A stretch of 62,992 nucleotides of DNA, filler included, from Folioceros fuciformis (taxonomy: Eukaryota): assembly GCA_049999805.1 (NCBI GenBank). It is 5 parts of 5 records of this genome, joined end to end, with 100 filler letters (N's around TTAATTAATTAA, not from the genome) between each part and the next. Parts side by side here need not be neighbours in the genome. Positions count along the whole stretch, not along the records: positions 16,229 to 47,644 come from JBNGIO010006415.1; 4 more parts are not named here. One strand, given 5' to 3'. Position numbers and translations under genes: made by a program. Positions 33,367 through 44,880 of this stretch are shown here, piece after piece (positions within the stretch are counted from its first letter, which is position 1; the number at the start of each line of letters is the position of its first letter). A model generated the notes under the pieces. The model ran no database searches, was not told where the DNA came from, and worked only from the letters and a program-made list of their open reading frames with translations.

Positions 33367-36300
33367 ATGTTCGGCTGGGAGAAGTTTTTGCAGCGAGGTG
33401 GGCGGCAGGATCGTTTTTGGCGAAATTATTCCCTGGGTGGTACAGTCTGGTGGAATTGTCGGCAACTTAAGAGGATCTCCTGTTCTCCCCATCTTCGACG
33501 TATGGTGTCGCACGGGGTCATCCTTCTTAAAAATTTCGAGAAGCCAGCGTGGGGGGACAATGCTGGCACTCGCTGGCTTGCAGGATACGAAGGGGAGCTT
33601 AGAGCTGACACGCTGAGGAAGTTTTGTGAGCAGGGACCGCTTCGTCAGGCTGTTGAGGCTCTGGGAGTTCTGGTTGAAAGTGGCAGTTCAGTTTCCCAAT
33701 CTCTGCTTTATACTGTGCTGAAAGTATGTGTGGCGAAGAAGGATCTGGTTCTGGGCCGCCTTGTTCATACTCTGATTTTGAAACTGGGGTACGAGTCGGA
33801 CACGTTTCTGTGCAACCACATCCTTCGAATGTATGCTGCTCATGGCAAGCTGCAAGAAGCAATGGATGTGTTCACCGTGGTTTCCGAGCCAGATGTTTAT
33901 ACCTGGTCTTCTATTATTACTGCCCACGTTAAACATGGAGAGGCTGAGCAGGCCATACAGCTGTATCGTCAGATGCGGAGAGCAAGTGTGAAGCCAGACA
34001 GCCATGTGTTTGTGGCAGCCCTTCAGGCTTGTGCAAGGGGAGCAGACTTACGAACTGGGCAGCTGGTGCATGCGGATGTGCTGGCCAGTGCGGTTGAGCC
34101 TCATTTGTTTCTGGGAACTTGCTTGGTGGACATGTATGCAAAGTGTGGAAGCTTGGAAGATGCCCAACTGGTATTTGATGAACTTCGAGAAAAGGATGTC
34201 GTAACATGGACTAGCTTGATAACAGGTTATTCTCAGCAGGGCCTCAGTCAGAAAGCCCTTCAGCTGTACAGTGCTATGGAAAAGGAAGGCATTTCTGTTC
34301 CTGATACTGTGACATTTGTGAGCTTACTGCAAGCATGTGCAAATGTGGGTGCCACAGCTTTGGAGAAAGGGGTGCACCTTCATGCACGGCTTGCAAAACG
34401 GTTTGAGGTGGATTTGGTTGTAAGTTGCAGCCTGATAAACATGTACGCCAAGTGTGGAAGCCTAGAGGCTGCCCAAGCCGTTTTTGATAGCCTACATCGA
34501 AAGGACATTGTGACATGGAATTCCATTATAGCAGGATACTCCCAGCAAGGTATGGGTCAACAAGCCCTTCATCTTTACCGTGCTATGCGACAGGAAGACG
34601 TTGCTTTGCCCGATGCTGTGACATTTGCTTGCCTCTTGCAGGCATGTGCAAGTTTGGGCGCCCCAGGTTTGGAGGAGGGGAAGCAACTGCATCTTGAGAT
34701 TGAAGAACATGGGCTTCAAGCTGATGGTTTTGTAGCCAACAGTTTGATAAACATGTACTCCAAGTGTGGAAGCCTTGAGGATGCTCGGATCGTGTTTAAT
34801 GGCCTTCAGCTGAAAACACTGGTGGCGTGGAATTCCATCATAGCAGGATGTGTCCAGCAGCGCAAGGGTGAGGAAGCCCTTGAACTTTATAGTGATATGC
34901 GAGAAAGCATCACTATCCCAGATTCTGTGACATTTGTGTGCCTGCTGCAGGCATGTGCAAGTGTGGGCACTTCAGCTTTGGCGAAGGGCAGGCAGCTTCA
35001 TGCACAAATCTTAGAGCAAGAAAGATTTCAAACAGATCTGTTCGTGGCCAACAGTTTGCTGACCATGTATGCAAAGTGCGGCAGCCTAGAGGATGCCCAA
35101 CGCTTGTTTGACGGACTTGGTCAGAAAAGTGTTGTGACATGGAATGCCATTATAGCAGGATATTCGCAGGAGGGCATGATTCAGGAAGCTTTTCATCTGT
35201 ATACTGCCATGCAACAAGAAGGTGTTGCTCCTGATTCTGTGACATTTTTGTGCCTCCTGCAAGTATGTGCGGCAAGAGGTAGCCCTGCTTTGGGGAAGGG
35301 GAAGCAACTCCATTCACAATTCAAACAAGGGATTCAAGCTGATATGCTTGTAACCAACAGTTTGGTACACATGTATACAAAGTGCGGTAGCTTAGAGGAG
35401 GCCCAGAGTGTGTTTGATGGACTTTCTCAAAAGACGGTTGTGACGTGGAATGTCATGATCGCAGGATACTCCCAACACGGCAAAGGGCAGGAAGCCATTG
35501 ATCTGTTCAGAGATATGCAAGAAGAAGGCATCCATGTGCCCAATTCAATGACATTTGTTTCCCTCTTGCAGGCATGTGCTCGTCTGGGAGCCCCGGCTCT
35601 GGAAAACGGGAAGCACGTTCATGCACTCATCACAGAACACGGGCTTGAAGCTAACATTTTTGTGGGCAACAGCTTGGTCAACATGTATGCAAAGTGCTGC
35701 AGCCTGGAGGATGCCCAGAGTGTGTTTGATGATCTTGGCCAAAAAGATGTGGTGACATGGAATGCCATGATAGCAGGATATTCCCAGCAGGGCATGGGTC
35801 AAAAAGCCCTTCATCTCTACAGTACGATGAGAGAGGAAGGCATGGCTGTTCCTGATGAAGCGACATTCGCATGTCTCCTGCAGGCGTGTGCGGGTGTAGG
35901 TACCCCAGCTTTGGAGGAGGGGAAGCAGCTGCATGATGAGATTGTAGAGCAAGGACTTCACAACGATTTATTTCTAGGCAACTGTTTGGTGAACATGTAT
36001 GCAAAGTGTGGCAGCCTAGAGGATGCCCAGAAAGTGTTTGACGGACTAGACCAGAAAACTCTGGTGACGTGGAATGCGCTCACGGCAGGATACTCTCAGC
36101 AGGGTATGGGTTGGGAAGCCCTTCGTCTCTACAATGCTATGCAAGTGGATGGCATCATTGCACCTGATTCAGTAACTTTTGTGAGCCTCCTGCAAGCTTG
36201 TGCTAGGGTGGGTAAAGCAGCGTTGGAGAAGGGAAAGGAACTCCACTCACAGATTGTGGAAGCAGGGCTTCACGGTGATGTGTCTGTAGCCAACAGTTTG

Positions 36301-37896
36301 GTCAACATGTATGGGAAGTGTGGCAGCCTAGACGATGCCAAAATCGTATTCAACGGTCTTGGGCACAAGACCTTGGTGACATGGAATACCATGATAACAG
36401 GATACTCCCAGCAGGGGATAGTACAGGAAGCTCTTAATCTTTACAGCGCTATGCAAGAGGAAGGTGCCCATGCACCCAACGTTATTACATTTGTGTCCAT
36501 CCTTAAGGCTTGTGCACGTTTGGGTACCCTGGGCTTGCAGAAGGGGAAGAAAATTCATGTGCAAATTGAAGAGCAAGGGCTCCAGGCGGATGTGTTCGTG
36601 GCGAACAGCTTGGTAGACATGTATGCAAAGTGTGGAAGTCTGAAGGATGCCCAGAGCCTGTTTGAACAGGTCGGTCAAAAGGATGTGGTGACGTGGAATT
36701 CTATGATAGCAGCGTATTCCCAGCTGGGCATGGGTCAGGAAGCCCTTGATCTCTACAATTCAATGCAAGGAGGAGAGAATCCCCCCCCTGATTTGGTGAC
36801 ATTTGTCTGCCTCCTGCAAGCATGTGCGAGTGTGGGTATACCAGCTTTGGACAAGGGGAAGCAGTTTCACGCTGAGATTGAAAAGCGAGGGTTTCAATCT
36901 GATGTATTTGTAGCCAACAGTTTAATAGACATGTACGCAAAATGTGGCAACCTGGAGGATGCCCTGCGCGTGTTCGATGGACTTAGGCAGAAAGATGTGG
37001 TCACTTGGAATGCCCTGATTTCAGGATATTCCTTGCATAGCAGGGGTCAGGAAGCGCTTGATGTCTACAGTGCAATGCAAGACGAAGGTGTGCCGGTTGA
37101 TGCCGTAACACTCGCATGCGTCCTGCAGGCATGTGCAAATGAGGCAGCCTTGCCTGTGGGAAGGCAGCTACATGCTGAGATAAATAAACAAGGGCTTCAA
37201 GATGATGCCTTTGTTGCTATCAATTTGATAAATATGTATGCAAAGTCGGGGACCATGGCCGACGCGCAGGGAGTATTTGACTCGTTGCCCCGGAAAGACA
37301 TTGTTGCCTGGAATGCCCTCATAACAGGATATACTCATCAAGGAGACACGGAAGCTGTCTTGGACTTGCTTCACAGAATGGCAGAATATGGCGTACAGCC
37401 GGACGGGATTACATTCCTTAGTGTACTCACAGTTTGCAGTCATGCAGGTCTCGTGAAGCAGGGGCGCCATTACTTTGAGGCTATGAGCAGACAGTATGAC
37501 TTAACTCCCAGCATGGAGCACCATTCATGCATGGTTGATCTTTTGGGCCGTGCAGGCCACATGGCCGAGGCACTAGACGTGGTCAGGACAATGCCTGTAG
37601 TGCCTCCTGTTGCAATTTGGCGCACTCTTTTGGGTGCTTGTCAGAAATGGGGCAACTTGGAGGTAGGACTCCATGCTTTCCAAGAGGCAGTGAGACTTGA
37701 TGAAAAAGATGCTGCAGCATATGTGTTGATGTCCAATATATATACGGGTGCCAAGATGTGGGAGGAAGCACAGGAGATGCAAATGAGGAGAAAAGGAATT
37801 GGAGCGTGGAAGCAACCAGGCCAGAGCTCGTGGACAGATATGAACGGCCTGGTGCATACTTTTGTTGTTGGCGATGTCCAGGGTACAGGATGCTAA
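33367..37896 (+). CDS. PLS-class pentatricopeptide repeat protein (E/E+ type, no complete DYW), organellar RNA-editing factor
   Basis: Intronless 1509 aa with ~11 P1-L1-S1 triplets plus P2-L2-S2-E1-E2. Ends shortly after the PG box (KQPGQSSWTDMNGLVHTFVVGD). Confidence 0.95.
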   Translation: MFGWEKFLQRGGRQDRFWRNYSLGGTVWWNCRQLKRISCSPHLRRMVSHGVILLKNFEKPAWGDNAGTRWLAGYEGELRADTLRKFCEQGPLRQAVEALGVLVESGSSVSQSLLYTVLKVCVAKKDLVLGRLVHTLILKLGYESDTFLCNHILRMYAAHGKLQEAMDVFTVVSEPDVYTWSSIITAHVKHGEAEQAIQLYRQMRRASVKPDSHVFVAALQACARGADLRTGQLVHADVLASAVEPHLFLGTCLVDMYAKCGSLEDAQLVFDELREKDVVTWTSLITGYSQQGLSQKALQLYSAMEKEGISVPDTVTFVSLLQACANVGATALEKGVHLHARLAKRFEVDLVVSCSLINMYAKCGSLEAAQAVFDSLHRKDIVTWNSIIAGYSQQGMGQQALHLYRAMRQEDVALPDAVTFACLLQACASLGAPGLEEGKQLHLEIEEHGLQADGFVANSLINMYSKCGSLEDARIVFNGLQLKTLVAWNSIIAGCVQQRKGEEALELYSDMRESITIPDSVTFVCLLQACASVGTSALAKGRQLHAQILEQERFQTDLFVANSLLTMYAKCGSLEDAQRLFDGLGQKSVVTWNAIIAGYSQEGMIQEAFHLYTAMQQEGVAPDSVTFLCLLQVCAARGSPALGKGKQLHSQFKQGIQADMLVTNSLVHMYTKCGSLEEAQSVFDGLSQKTVVTWNVMIAGYSQHGKGQEAIDLFRDMQEEGIHVPNSMTFVSLLQACARLGAPALENGKHVHALITEHGLEANIFVGNSLVNMYAKCCSLEDAQSVFDDLGQKDVVTWNAMIAGYSQQGMGQKALHLYSTMREEGMAVPDEATFACLLQACAGVGTPALEEGKQLHDEIVEQGLHNDLFLGNCLVNMYAKCGSLEDAQKVFDGLDQKTLVTWNALTAGYSQQGMGWEALRLYNAMQVDGIIAPDSVTFVSLLQACARVGKAALEKGKELHSQIVEAGLHGDVSVANSLVNMYGKCGSLDDAKIVFNGLGHKTLVTWNTMITGYSQQGIVQEALNLYSAMQEEGAHAPNVITFVSILKACARLGTLGLQKGKKIHVQIEEQGLQADVFVANSLVDMYAKCGSLKDAQSLFEQVGQKDVVTWNSMIAAYSQLGMGQEALDLYNSMQGGENPPPDLVTFVCLLQACASVGIPALDKGKQFHAEIEKRGFQSDVFVANSLIDMYAKCGNLEDALRVFDGLRQKDVVTWNALISGYSLHSRGQEALDVYSAMQDEGVPVDAVTLACVLQACANEAALPVGRQLHAEINKQGLQDDAFVAINLINMYAKSGTMADAQGVFDSLPRKDIVAWNALITGYTHQGDTEAVLDLLHRMAEYGVQPDGITFLSVLTVCSHAGLVKQGRHYFEAMSRQYDLTPSMEHHSCMVDLLGRAGHMAEALDVVRTMPVVPPVAIWRTLLGACQKWGNLEVGLHAFQEAVRLDEKDAAAYVLMSNIYTGAKMWEEAQEMQMRRKGIGAWKQPGQSSWTDMNGLVHTFVVGDVQGTGC

Positions 37897-38578
37897 GTGA
37901 GCGTTTAACAAGAACGAAAAGACCGAGGTTATTGTAGCAGTGTAGGAGACAATGCATCTACAAGGTGCACGCAGATTGATCCCGTACTCGAACAGAAGAT
38001 AACGTATGTTACCTGAAATCTCACCCCGAAATATCGTGTGTTATCCAAAATCTGAACTCAGTTTTTCTGGATGCTTCGGCCTCTTTGTGCGAGTTCTCAA
38101 GCGCGAGAGCACTTGTTGACAAACATCTCCTATTGATACTGTTCTTCCAGAATCCATGAGAAGGGGAAAAGCATCAAACAATTCGAAACCGACAGAAACC
38201 TATACTAACCTCTGAACAGAATTACGTCTCTCAAGAGGACCGTTGAATTCAAGGGCGACCTGCAAAGATCCGGGCCACACAACGTGCTTCAACCCGATCT
38301 GCAGGACGCTGGGTTGGAATGGGGTCACTGTTACGTCAGCTCTCAAAAATGTAGGCATTCTTGTACACCGTGAAGGTATCTGAACAGGGGATATTACGTC
38401 CAAAAGTTCACCAATAGCCATTCCCGTCGATCATAAAACTCCTGCAGCAGCGTAATGTACGAAACACTGGATCCTGCAAATTCAAGGTGGTCTTCGCGGC
38501 TGCAATCGCAAGACTGGAGTCCGTAGTTGTCACCAGGACCAACTAGTTGGAAGAAGAAACGCGAAAATCCTGCATCAC

Positions 38579-41040
38579 ATGATGGCACCAGCTGCGGGAG
38601 TGGCGGTGTCTGTGGGAATAGCCCTGCTGGGCCTGCTGCTGGCTGTAGCTCGCCGCTTCAACAGCTGGGTGTATGACCCCAAGCTCGACCCCGGGAAGAA
38701 GATGCCGCCGGGCGATCTCGGCTGGCCTGTTTTCGGAGTCATTCGAGAGTTCCTGCACTTCTACAAGTCGGGCAATCCCGACGGCTGGGTGGCCGCCATG
38801 GTGAAGAGGTGGGTAAGTCAGGGAGAGTACAGAACAGGTCTTTGGAGTTCATGTTGTTGCTACGGGAATTGAATTTGTAAAGATCATGTAGAGGATTTGG
38901 CGCAACCAAGCGTGCAAAACCGCTCGAGTGAAAGCTAATACAGCGTGTGCCCAGGTGGGGGAAGCTTGGGCTGTACAAGACGCACCTCTTCGGGAAGCCC
39001 ATGGTGCTGGCCACCTCGGCCGAAACGTGCAAGCTGGTGATGACCAACGAGGACCTCTTCTACACCAGCTGGCCCGAGACCACCGAGAGGCTAATGGGCG
39101 AGAACTCCTTCGCGTGCATCGGGGCCGAGGCGCACAAGCGCCTGCGGACGCTCACCATGCGCTCCATCAACGGCTTCGACGTGCTCTCCAGCTACATACC
39201 CCGCATTGAGAAGATCGCGCTCAACACGCTCGACGGCTGGGCTTCCCGGGACCGCATCCTCTTTCTGGACGAGCTCAGAAGCGTGAGTTTACTTGATCGC
39301 TCGAGTCTGGGCTTGCAATTGGGACGCCATAGGCATCGCCTTCCGCCTGCTGCTGGGCTTTGACGTCGTCGGAATTCTTGCATGCAGTTCACGTTCGACA
39401 TCATCGCCAACATCTTCGTGGGCTACGAACCGAGCCCACAGACAAACACCCTCTTCAAGAGCTTCATCGACCTCAACTTGGCCATACGCGCCATGCCCAT
39501 CAACCTGCCCGGCACTGCGTACCACAAAGCGCTCAAGGTGAGCCTCAACCGGCCAGGGTACGTGCGCGCCTCCGTTGCTTGCACCCGAAACCCGAAATCG
39601 TAACAAAAGAGCTGTCGCTGCTTCAGAGCCGAGCACGCGTCGTCCGACTGATTCAGGCGGAGATCGACAAAAGAAGGGCACAAAAACCGAGCGAAACCAA
39701 ATCAGACGATGTTTTCAAGGTCATGATGGAGTGGAAGGACGACAATGGCAAATCTCTCAGCGATCCCGAACTGGTGGACATCTTACTCATGTACTTGAAC
39801 TCCGGCCATGAATCGTCAGCCCACATCACGATGTGGCTTCTCATCCACATGCACAGGAATCCTGAGGTGTTCAGGAAAATCAAGGTGGGATTGCGATTGG
39901 CATTCACTCACTCGCGTCTGCTGCACAGTAGCTTTGGCACGCGTGCCGCAACCAGGAAACTCCACGAATTGTGCTCCGTTTCGATAACGTGCGACACTGT
40001 GCTCCTCAATGCCGGTCTGCCCGTGTACGTTGCAGGAGGAGCAGCAAACCATCCGTGACGGCAAGAAGCCAGGAGAAGGCATCACCCTCGCCGACTTCAG
40101 AAAAATGAAGTACCTGTCGATGGTATGTCACTTGGAATGCACCTGACGTAGCTACAATCCATGAGAATCAATCTCCTGGCTACGGACCGAGGATTGAAGT
40201 TTCTCCTTCAAGCTAACGCACGACGATACGTCTGTTGTCTGTGTGTCAACGACCAGTGCCTGGATGAAACTCTGAGGGTCGTCAACGTCTCTCAATCGGT
40301 GTTCAGGAAGGCTTTACAAACCGTGGAGTTCCGTGGTCAGCAAGCACATTCAATTTGGTGCACACATCTTTGCGCTCGGAATTAGCCTGTGCCAACACTA
40401 GCAGACCCTGACCGTGAGCACGAGTTTGCAACCTTGTGCAGGCCTGACTATCCCAAAGGGCTGGATGGTGAAAGTTTTCTTGCGCAACATCCACATGGAC
40501 AGAGATCTGTACCCCAAGCCCACCAAGTTCGACCCTGAGCGGTGGACTGTAAGTCCGACGTGACATCACTGAACTTATAATTAGGCCCTGGTGTGGGATC
40601 ATGTGACCTGATGTTCCATGCTGTGCTGTGCTGTGCTGACTGATGGCATACTGTTGTGGGCTCTGCATGTGGCATCCATGGCCAGAACTTCATCCCCAGG
40701 CCCGGCCAGTTCGTTCCTTTTGGGTTGGGAAGCCGACTATGCCCCGGCCAGGAACTCGCCAGACTGGAGATCTCCATCTTCGTCCACTACATGATTCTCA
40801 AATACGAGTAAGCGATTCCAGACATCTTGTGTCCGGTTTGTGTGGTGGAAGAGCTGCCAGGAGCGGTGCGCAAGGACTTCACCTAGTCGGTCACTTACTT
40901 TCAATGCCTGCCGCATCTTTGGCGTGTGCAACAGAATGCAGCCACTGAACCTGTACGGCGAGGAGGTGTACCTGCCATTGAACAAGCCCAAGGACAATTG
41001 TCCTGTAGTCATCACCAAGCGGGAAGGCGTAGCATGGTGA
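38579..41040 (+). CDS. KAO: Cytochrome P450 CYP88 family, ent-kaurenoic acid oxidase-like
   Basis: Spliced. PPGDLGWP, LYKTHLFGKP, HKRLR, AMPINLPGTAYHKALK, the KAO-type I-helix LLMYLNSGHESSAH, LDETLRVVN and FGLGSRLCPGQELARLEI. Confidence 0.85.
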
Positions 41041-41280
41041 AGGGCAGATTTGTGCTCTGCTTTGGTTTGGTTTAGTTTGGTTTGGTATGGTATGCAAGCT
41101 ACAATAAAAAGTTACGTGTGTACGCACCACTTGTAAAAATGTTTTGGAAAAGACTTATCTCCCGGCAATACACCAGTAGCAAGTCGCGAAGTGAAATATG
41201 CACCAAGTGTACATGTGTTATAGCCGAGGAGACAGCTTTTTTCGATTTTTTTAAAACAATTTCTACAAATGTGAACAAGC

Positions 41281-41351
41281 GCACCGGTGGTCTAGTGGTA
41301 GAATAGTACCCTGCCACGGTACAGACCCGGGTTCGATTCCCGGCCGGTGCA
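41281..41351 (+). tRNA. tRNA-Gly(GCC)
   Basis: GCACCGGTGGTCTAGTGGTAGAATAGTACCCTGCCACGGTACAGACCCGGGTTCGATTCCCGGCCGGTGCA: canonical plant tRNA-Gly with A/B boxes, upstream CAA and a downstream TTTT. Confidence 0.98.
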
Positions 41352-41384
41352 GAAGTTTTACGCGGTTGTACTATTTTGAGATCG

Positions 41385-41715
41385 GACAAATGTAGAAATT
41401 TGATTGAAAGTAATATATTAATTAATACATTTGTAGTTCTCTAACTTTTTTCTAAAACAAACATGAGCCCTCTAGACAAATGTAGAAATTTGAATGACAT
41501 GAATATATTAATTAATATATTTATAGTTTCTATAACTTTTCTAAAACAAACATGAGCCCTCTTGAGTCTACGAGCTATAGATCCAGCTTAGTTTAGGACA
41601 AAAGGATCTAAACTAAAGGATGAAGAACTATGGATGGATCTACACTAAAAGATGAAGAGCTATGGATAGATCCAGCTTAGTTTAGAACAAAAGGATCTAA
41701 ACTAAAGGATGAATC
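41385..41715. repeat. AT-rich tandem duplications (about 90 bp x2, twice)
   Basis: GACAAATGTAGAAATTTGA...ACATGAGCCCTCT at ~41385 and ~41475; GATCCAGCTTAGTTTAG...AAACTAAAGGATGAA at ~41580 and ~41669. Confidence 0.8.
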
Positions 41716-41927
41716 ATTGGATATGCTCGAGTTGCCTTATATATCCTTCATACAAGAGCTGATAATTAANNNNNNNNNNNNNNNNNNNNNNNNNNNNNNN
41801 NNNNNNNNNNNNNNNNNNNNNNNNNNNNNNNNNNNNNNNNNNNNNNNNNNNNNNNNNNNNNNNNNNNNNTTGCCTTATATATCCTTCATACAAGAGCTGA
41901 TAATTAACCTAATTTTAACTTTTTTTT

Positions 41928-42926
41928 TTAATTTTTACTACTTTTAAAAACATTTAACTTCTCCATTTCTATTTTGAAAGCATGAAAAGCATTATTTTCC
42001 GATCCTTTTGTGATATCCAAGGGCTCCTTGCCAATAAACCAACTATGTTCTTTTATTCCTAGAATATCAATACGATCTTTTGGATCATAAGTTAACATCT
42101 TTGATAATAAATCAACACATTCGTAAGGTAGATCCCCAATAATTTGCATTGCGTACTCACTAACCACAAAATCATCCTCTTCCTCTGCTTGAATAAAGAG
42201 ATCTAATCCAGCTACCATCTCGAATAACGTTACTCCAGCAGACCACACATCACATGGGGCTCCTTTATAACCTGATTCCAAACGAATTTCTGGAGCCATG
42301 TATATGAGTGTTCCAGCAACGTCTTCATATTTTGTTTCAGAGTCTCCTTGGCAAGCCCATCCAAAATCTGCAATTTTTAAAACCTTGAATTGGTCGAGAA
42401 GAAGATTTGGTGGTTTAATATCACGATGAAAAATACCTTCATTGTGACAATGTTCTAAACCATAAATAATTTGCCTAAAATATCGTCTCGCAATATCTTC
42501 ATCTAAAATTATTTGTCTTGCAATAATGTCAGATAACGACCCACCTTCCATTATTTCCATAACAATATATATTTCATCGTTACATCTATATGCTTGATGA
42601 ATTTTCAATACATTCGGGTGGTCAAGAACTTTTAGACACCAAGCTTCAAGTACTATTTCTTCCAAATCATATTCATCCTCCATATAGTCAATCACCTTGA
42701 TTGCTACTGGGCGCTTGCTTATAATATGTCTTCCAAATATAATTTGACCCTGGGAACCTTTTCCTAATATCTTTTCTTTGAACATATCGTAATCACCTAG
42801 TCTTACAACGTTTTGATTGCTACACCCAATATCTTGAAGTTCTCTTAATATCTTTGACATATCAAAACATTTCATATGAGGTTCTCTTGGTATCTTCGAC
42901 ATGTTGAAATATTCTTTCACCAACAT
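41928..42926 (-). CDS. Intronless, AT-rich Ser/Thr kinase, CIPK/SnRK-like, with truncated regulatory tail
   Basis: LGKGSQG, VAIKVI, HPNVLK, ARRYFRQII, HRDIKPPNLLL, KIADFG, GTLIYMAPE, GYKGAPCDVWSAGV and a residual NAF near the C-terminus. Likely ATG at 42926. Confidence 0.85.
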   Translation of the reverse strand: MLVKEYFNMSKIPREPHMKCFDMSKILRELQDIGCSNQNVVRLGDYDMFKEKILGKGSQGQIIFGRHIISKRPVAIKVIDYMEDEYDLEEIVLEAWCLKVLDHPNVLKIHQAYRCNDEIYIVMEIMEGGSLSDIIARQIILDEDIARRYFRQIIYGLEHCHNEGIFHRDIKPPNLLLDQFKVLKIADFGWACQGDSETKYEDVAGTLIYMAPEIRLESGYKGAPCDVWSAGVTLFEMVAGLDLFIQAEEEDDFVVSEYAMQIIGDLPYECVDLLSKMLTYDPKDRIDILGIKEHSWFIGKEPLDITKGSENNAFHAFKIEMEKLNVFKSSKN

Positions 42927-44469
42927 CTTAAAGCTCAAATAAATGGAGATTAAAAAAAAAAAAAAGGATTTCAACACATGCCTTTCAGCAAAGCCACTTG
43001 CGCTATTGAGGCTCCAACTCTTAAGCTTGCTTGTTTGTTGTGAGAAAGTCACTAAACATTGATAAGAGGGAAAAGGAAAGTGATGTTTACTTTGTGTTCT
43101 ACTTGTAGCCAATATATACTATATGCTTCGTACTCATATAGTATATAAAATGAATATGTTCATTATACCCTATTGTAAAGATCAATTCATTTTGTAAACT
43201 AGCTTAATTAGAATTACCTATTTTGTTTGTTTCATACTTAGTAGTGACTGCTTCTTTGGGTAGAATTCAATAGTCATTATGGGTTGATTACTAACCTATT
43301 TTATAAACTAGCTAAATTAGAATTCTATTTTGGGGCTCATTTCCAAGCTCGTTTTCTTCCCTATCTCATAATAGTGCAATCCATCAACAATATGATTATG
43401 AATTAGGATTTATAAATCAAATTAAATAATATTTAGGTTTGTGCTAGGCCCTACTATTCTTAAGCGCTAGGTCATGGTTCTGCAACTTGGTGTCCTTGGC
43501 CACCTGCTCCACCGCCATTGCCGACATGTACGTACTTGGTCCACTAGGCTTGTAGGTAGGTGTCAGCCACGGCAGCAGCAGAATTCGGGTACACAAGTGC
43601 AAGGTAATTTGTGGTCCACTTGAGGATGGTGTCCCACATTTGCAGTGAGTGCTTAGCAAACGGGTAGTCCTCGATCATGAGCTTGAGGCGGCTAGCCGCA
43701 GCCCATTCAGCCATCCTACACGCAAAAGAGGTTGTTTAGCGTAGCCAACTTGTTGAATTGTCAGCAGTAGAGTGTGGAGTTGAGCTCCATGTAGAACTTG
43801 CTTGGCGTGAAAGTCTTTTTGATGATTCCAGCCTTTTCTTTCAGCATTGGTGTTCATTTTGCTCTTGAAAGTTGGAAAGAGTCGGACGAAGACGAGTTGC
43901 AAACCTAATTACTGGTGTCGGAAGGATCCATAACTAGAACACCTTCATGTCCCACGAGTATTTGAGAAACAAAATTGAGAACATGCCATTGAAACCAACT
44001 CATAAATTTACTAGAAACCGTGAATCATAACATGGCTCAGCCTAGTGGCACCATCTTCTTTGCTAATGTGGGCCCCTTCCGCCATCGGCAACTCTACCAG
44101 CGAGCTAGAAGTTTTGTCACTTGGATCCCTACTAGACGCTTGAGGCTGAACAACGAGACCATGTTCCCACAACATAGCGAGGTTGGGGCTGCCCACTCGC
44201 GAGGCGGTTAATAACCAAAAAAAAAAATGTCCATCATAATCGGATTTTCTTGCTCGTTTTTGCTTAGGCCTTCGATCTAGACATGCTCATCACAGCACTC
44301 TTCGATGAGACCACCAAGCCTTGATATCCATGTAGCTCTCATCTCTTAGAGTCCATATAGCCCGATAGAGGAGACAACCCACACAAGCAACATAAGGAAT
44401 AGAAAGCATATCCTCATGCGCTAAGCATCAAATTGTGGGCAATCCTTTGAAGATAATTGAATACCAACT

Positions 44470-44880
44470 GCCCTTTGAGTTGAAATGGGCCTAGCACGAA
44501 TTCTTTGCTAAAAAATCATACGTGGGATTTGGTACTACTTCCTCTTGGTTGCCAACCTATCCTTTGCAAATGGGTCTAAAACTAAATTAAATAGTGGTTC
44601 AATAAATGTGATGGTCCTCTCAAGTTTATTGGTTTTCTTCAAAGCCACGCTCATAGTAATGTTTATTACCTTGTAGATGGCTCTAACTTGATCAATCTAG
44701 CCTATAAGGTGATACCATATGTATGTTTGGAGCTAGAATGCAAATGATTAACTCTGGGAAGGATATGCTAAGGGCAAAATTTGATATGAAGGATATTGGA
44801 GTGCCAATTCTTTATGACTGCTCTAGTGGTCAAATTTTTAAACATCAACAAAAGTATGTAAGGGAAATTCTTGCTTGCCC
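44470..44880 (+). mobile_element. Highly decayed copia RT fragment
   Basis: NHTWDLVLLPLGCQPILCKWV*, MLRAKFDMKDIG and HQQKYVREIL with deletions. Confidence 0.6.

Noticed and set aside
33426-37957. Numerous antisense and alternate-frame ORFs over the PPR, and similarly over copia and gypsy ORFs
   Set aside because: Shadow ORFs of long coding regions with no recognisable motifs.
41732-41907. ~38-nt direct repeat on both sides of a 100-N gap
   Set aside because: Most likely an unmerged contig overlap.
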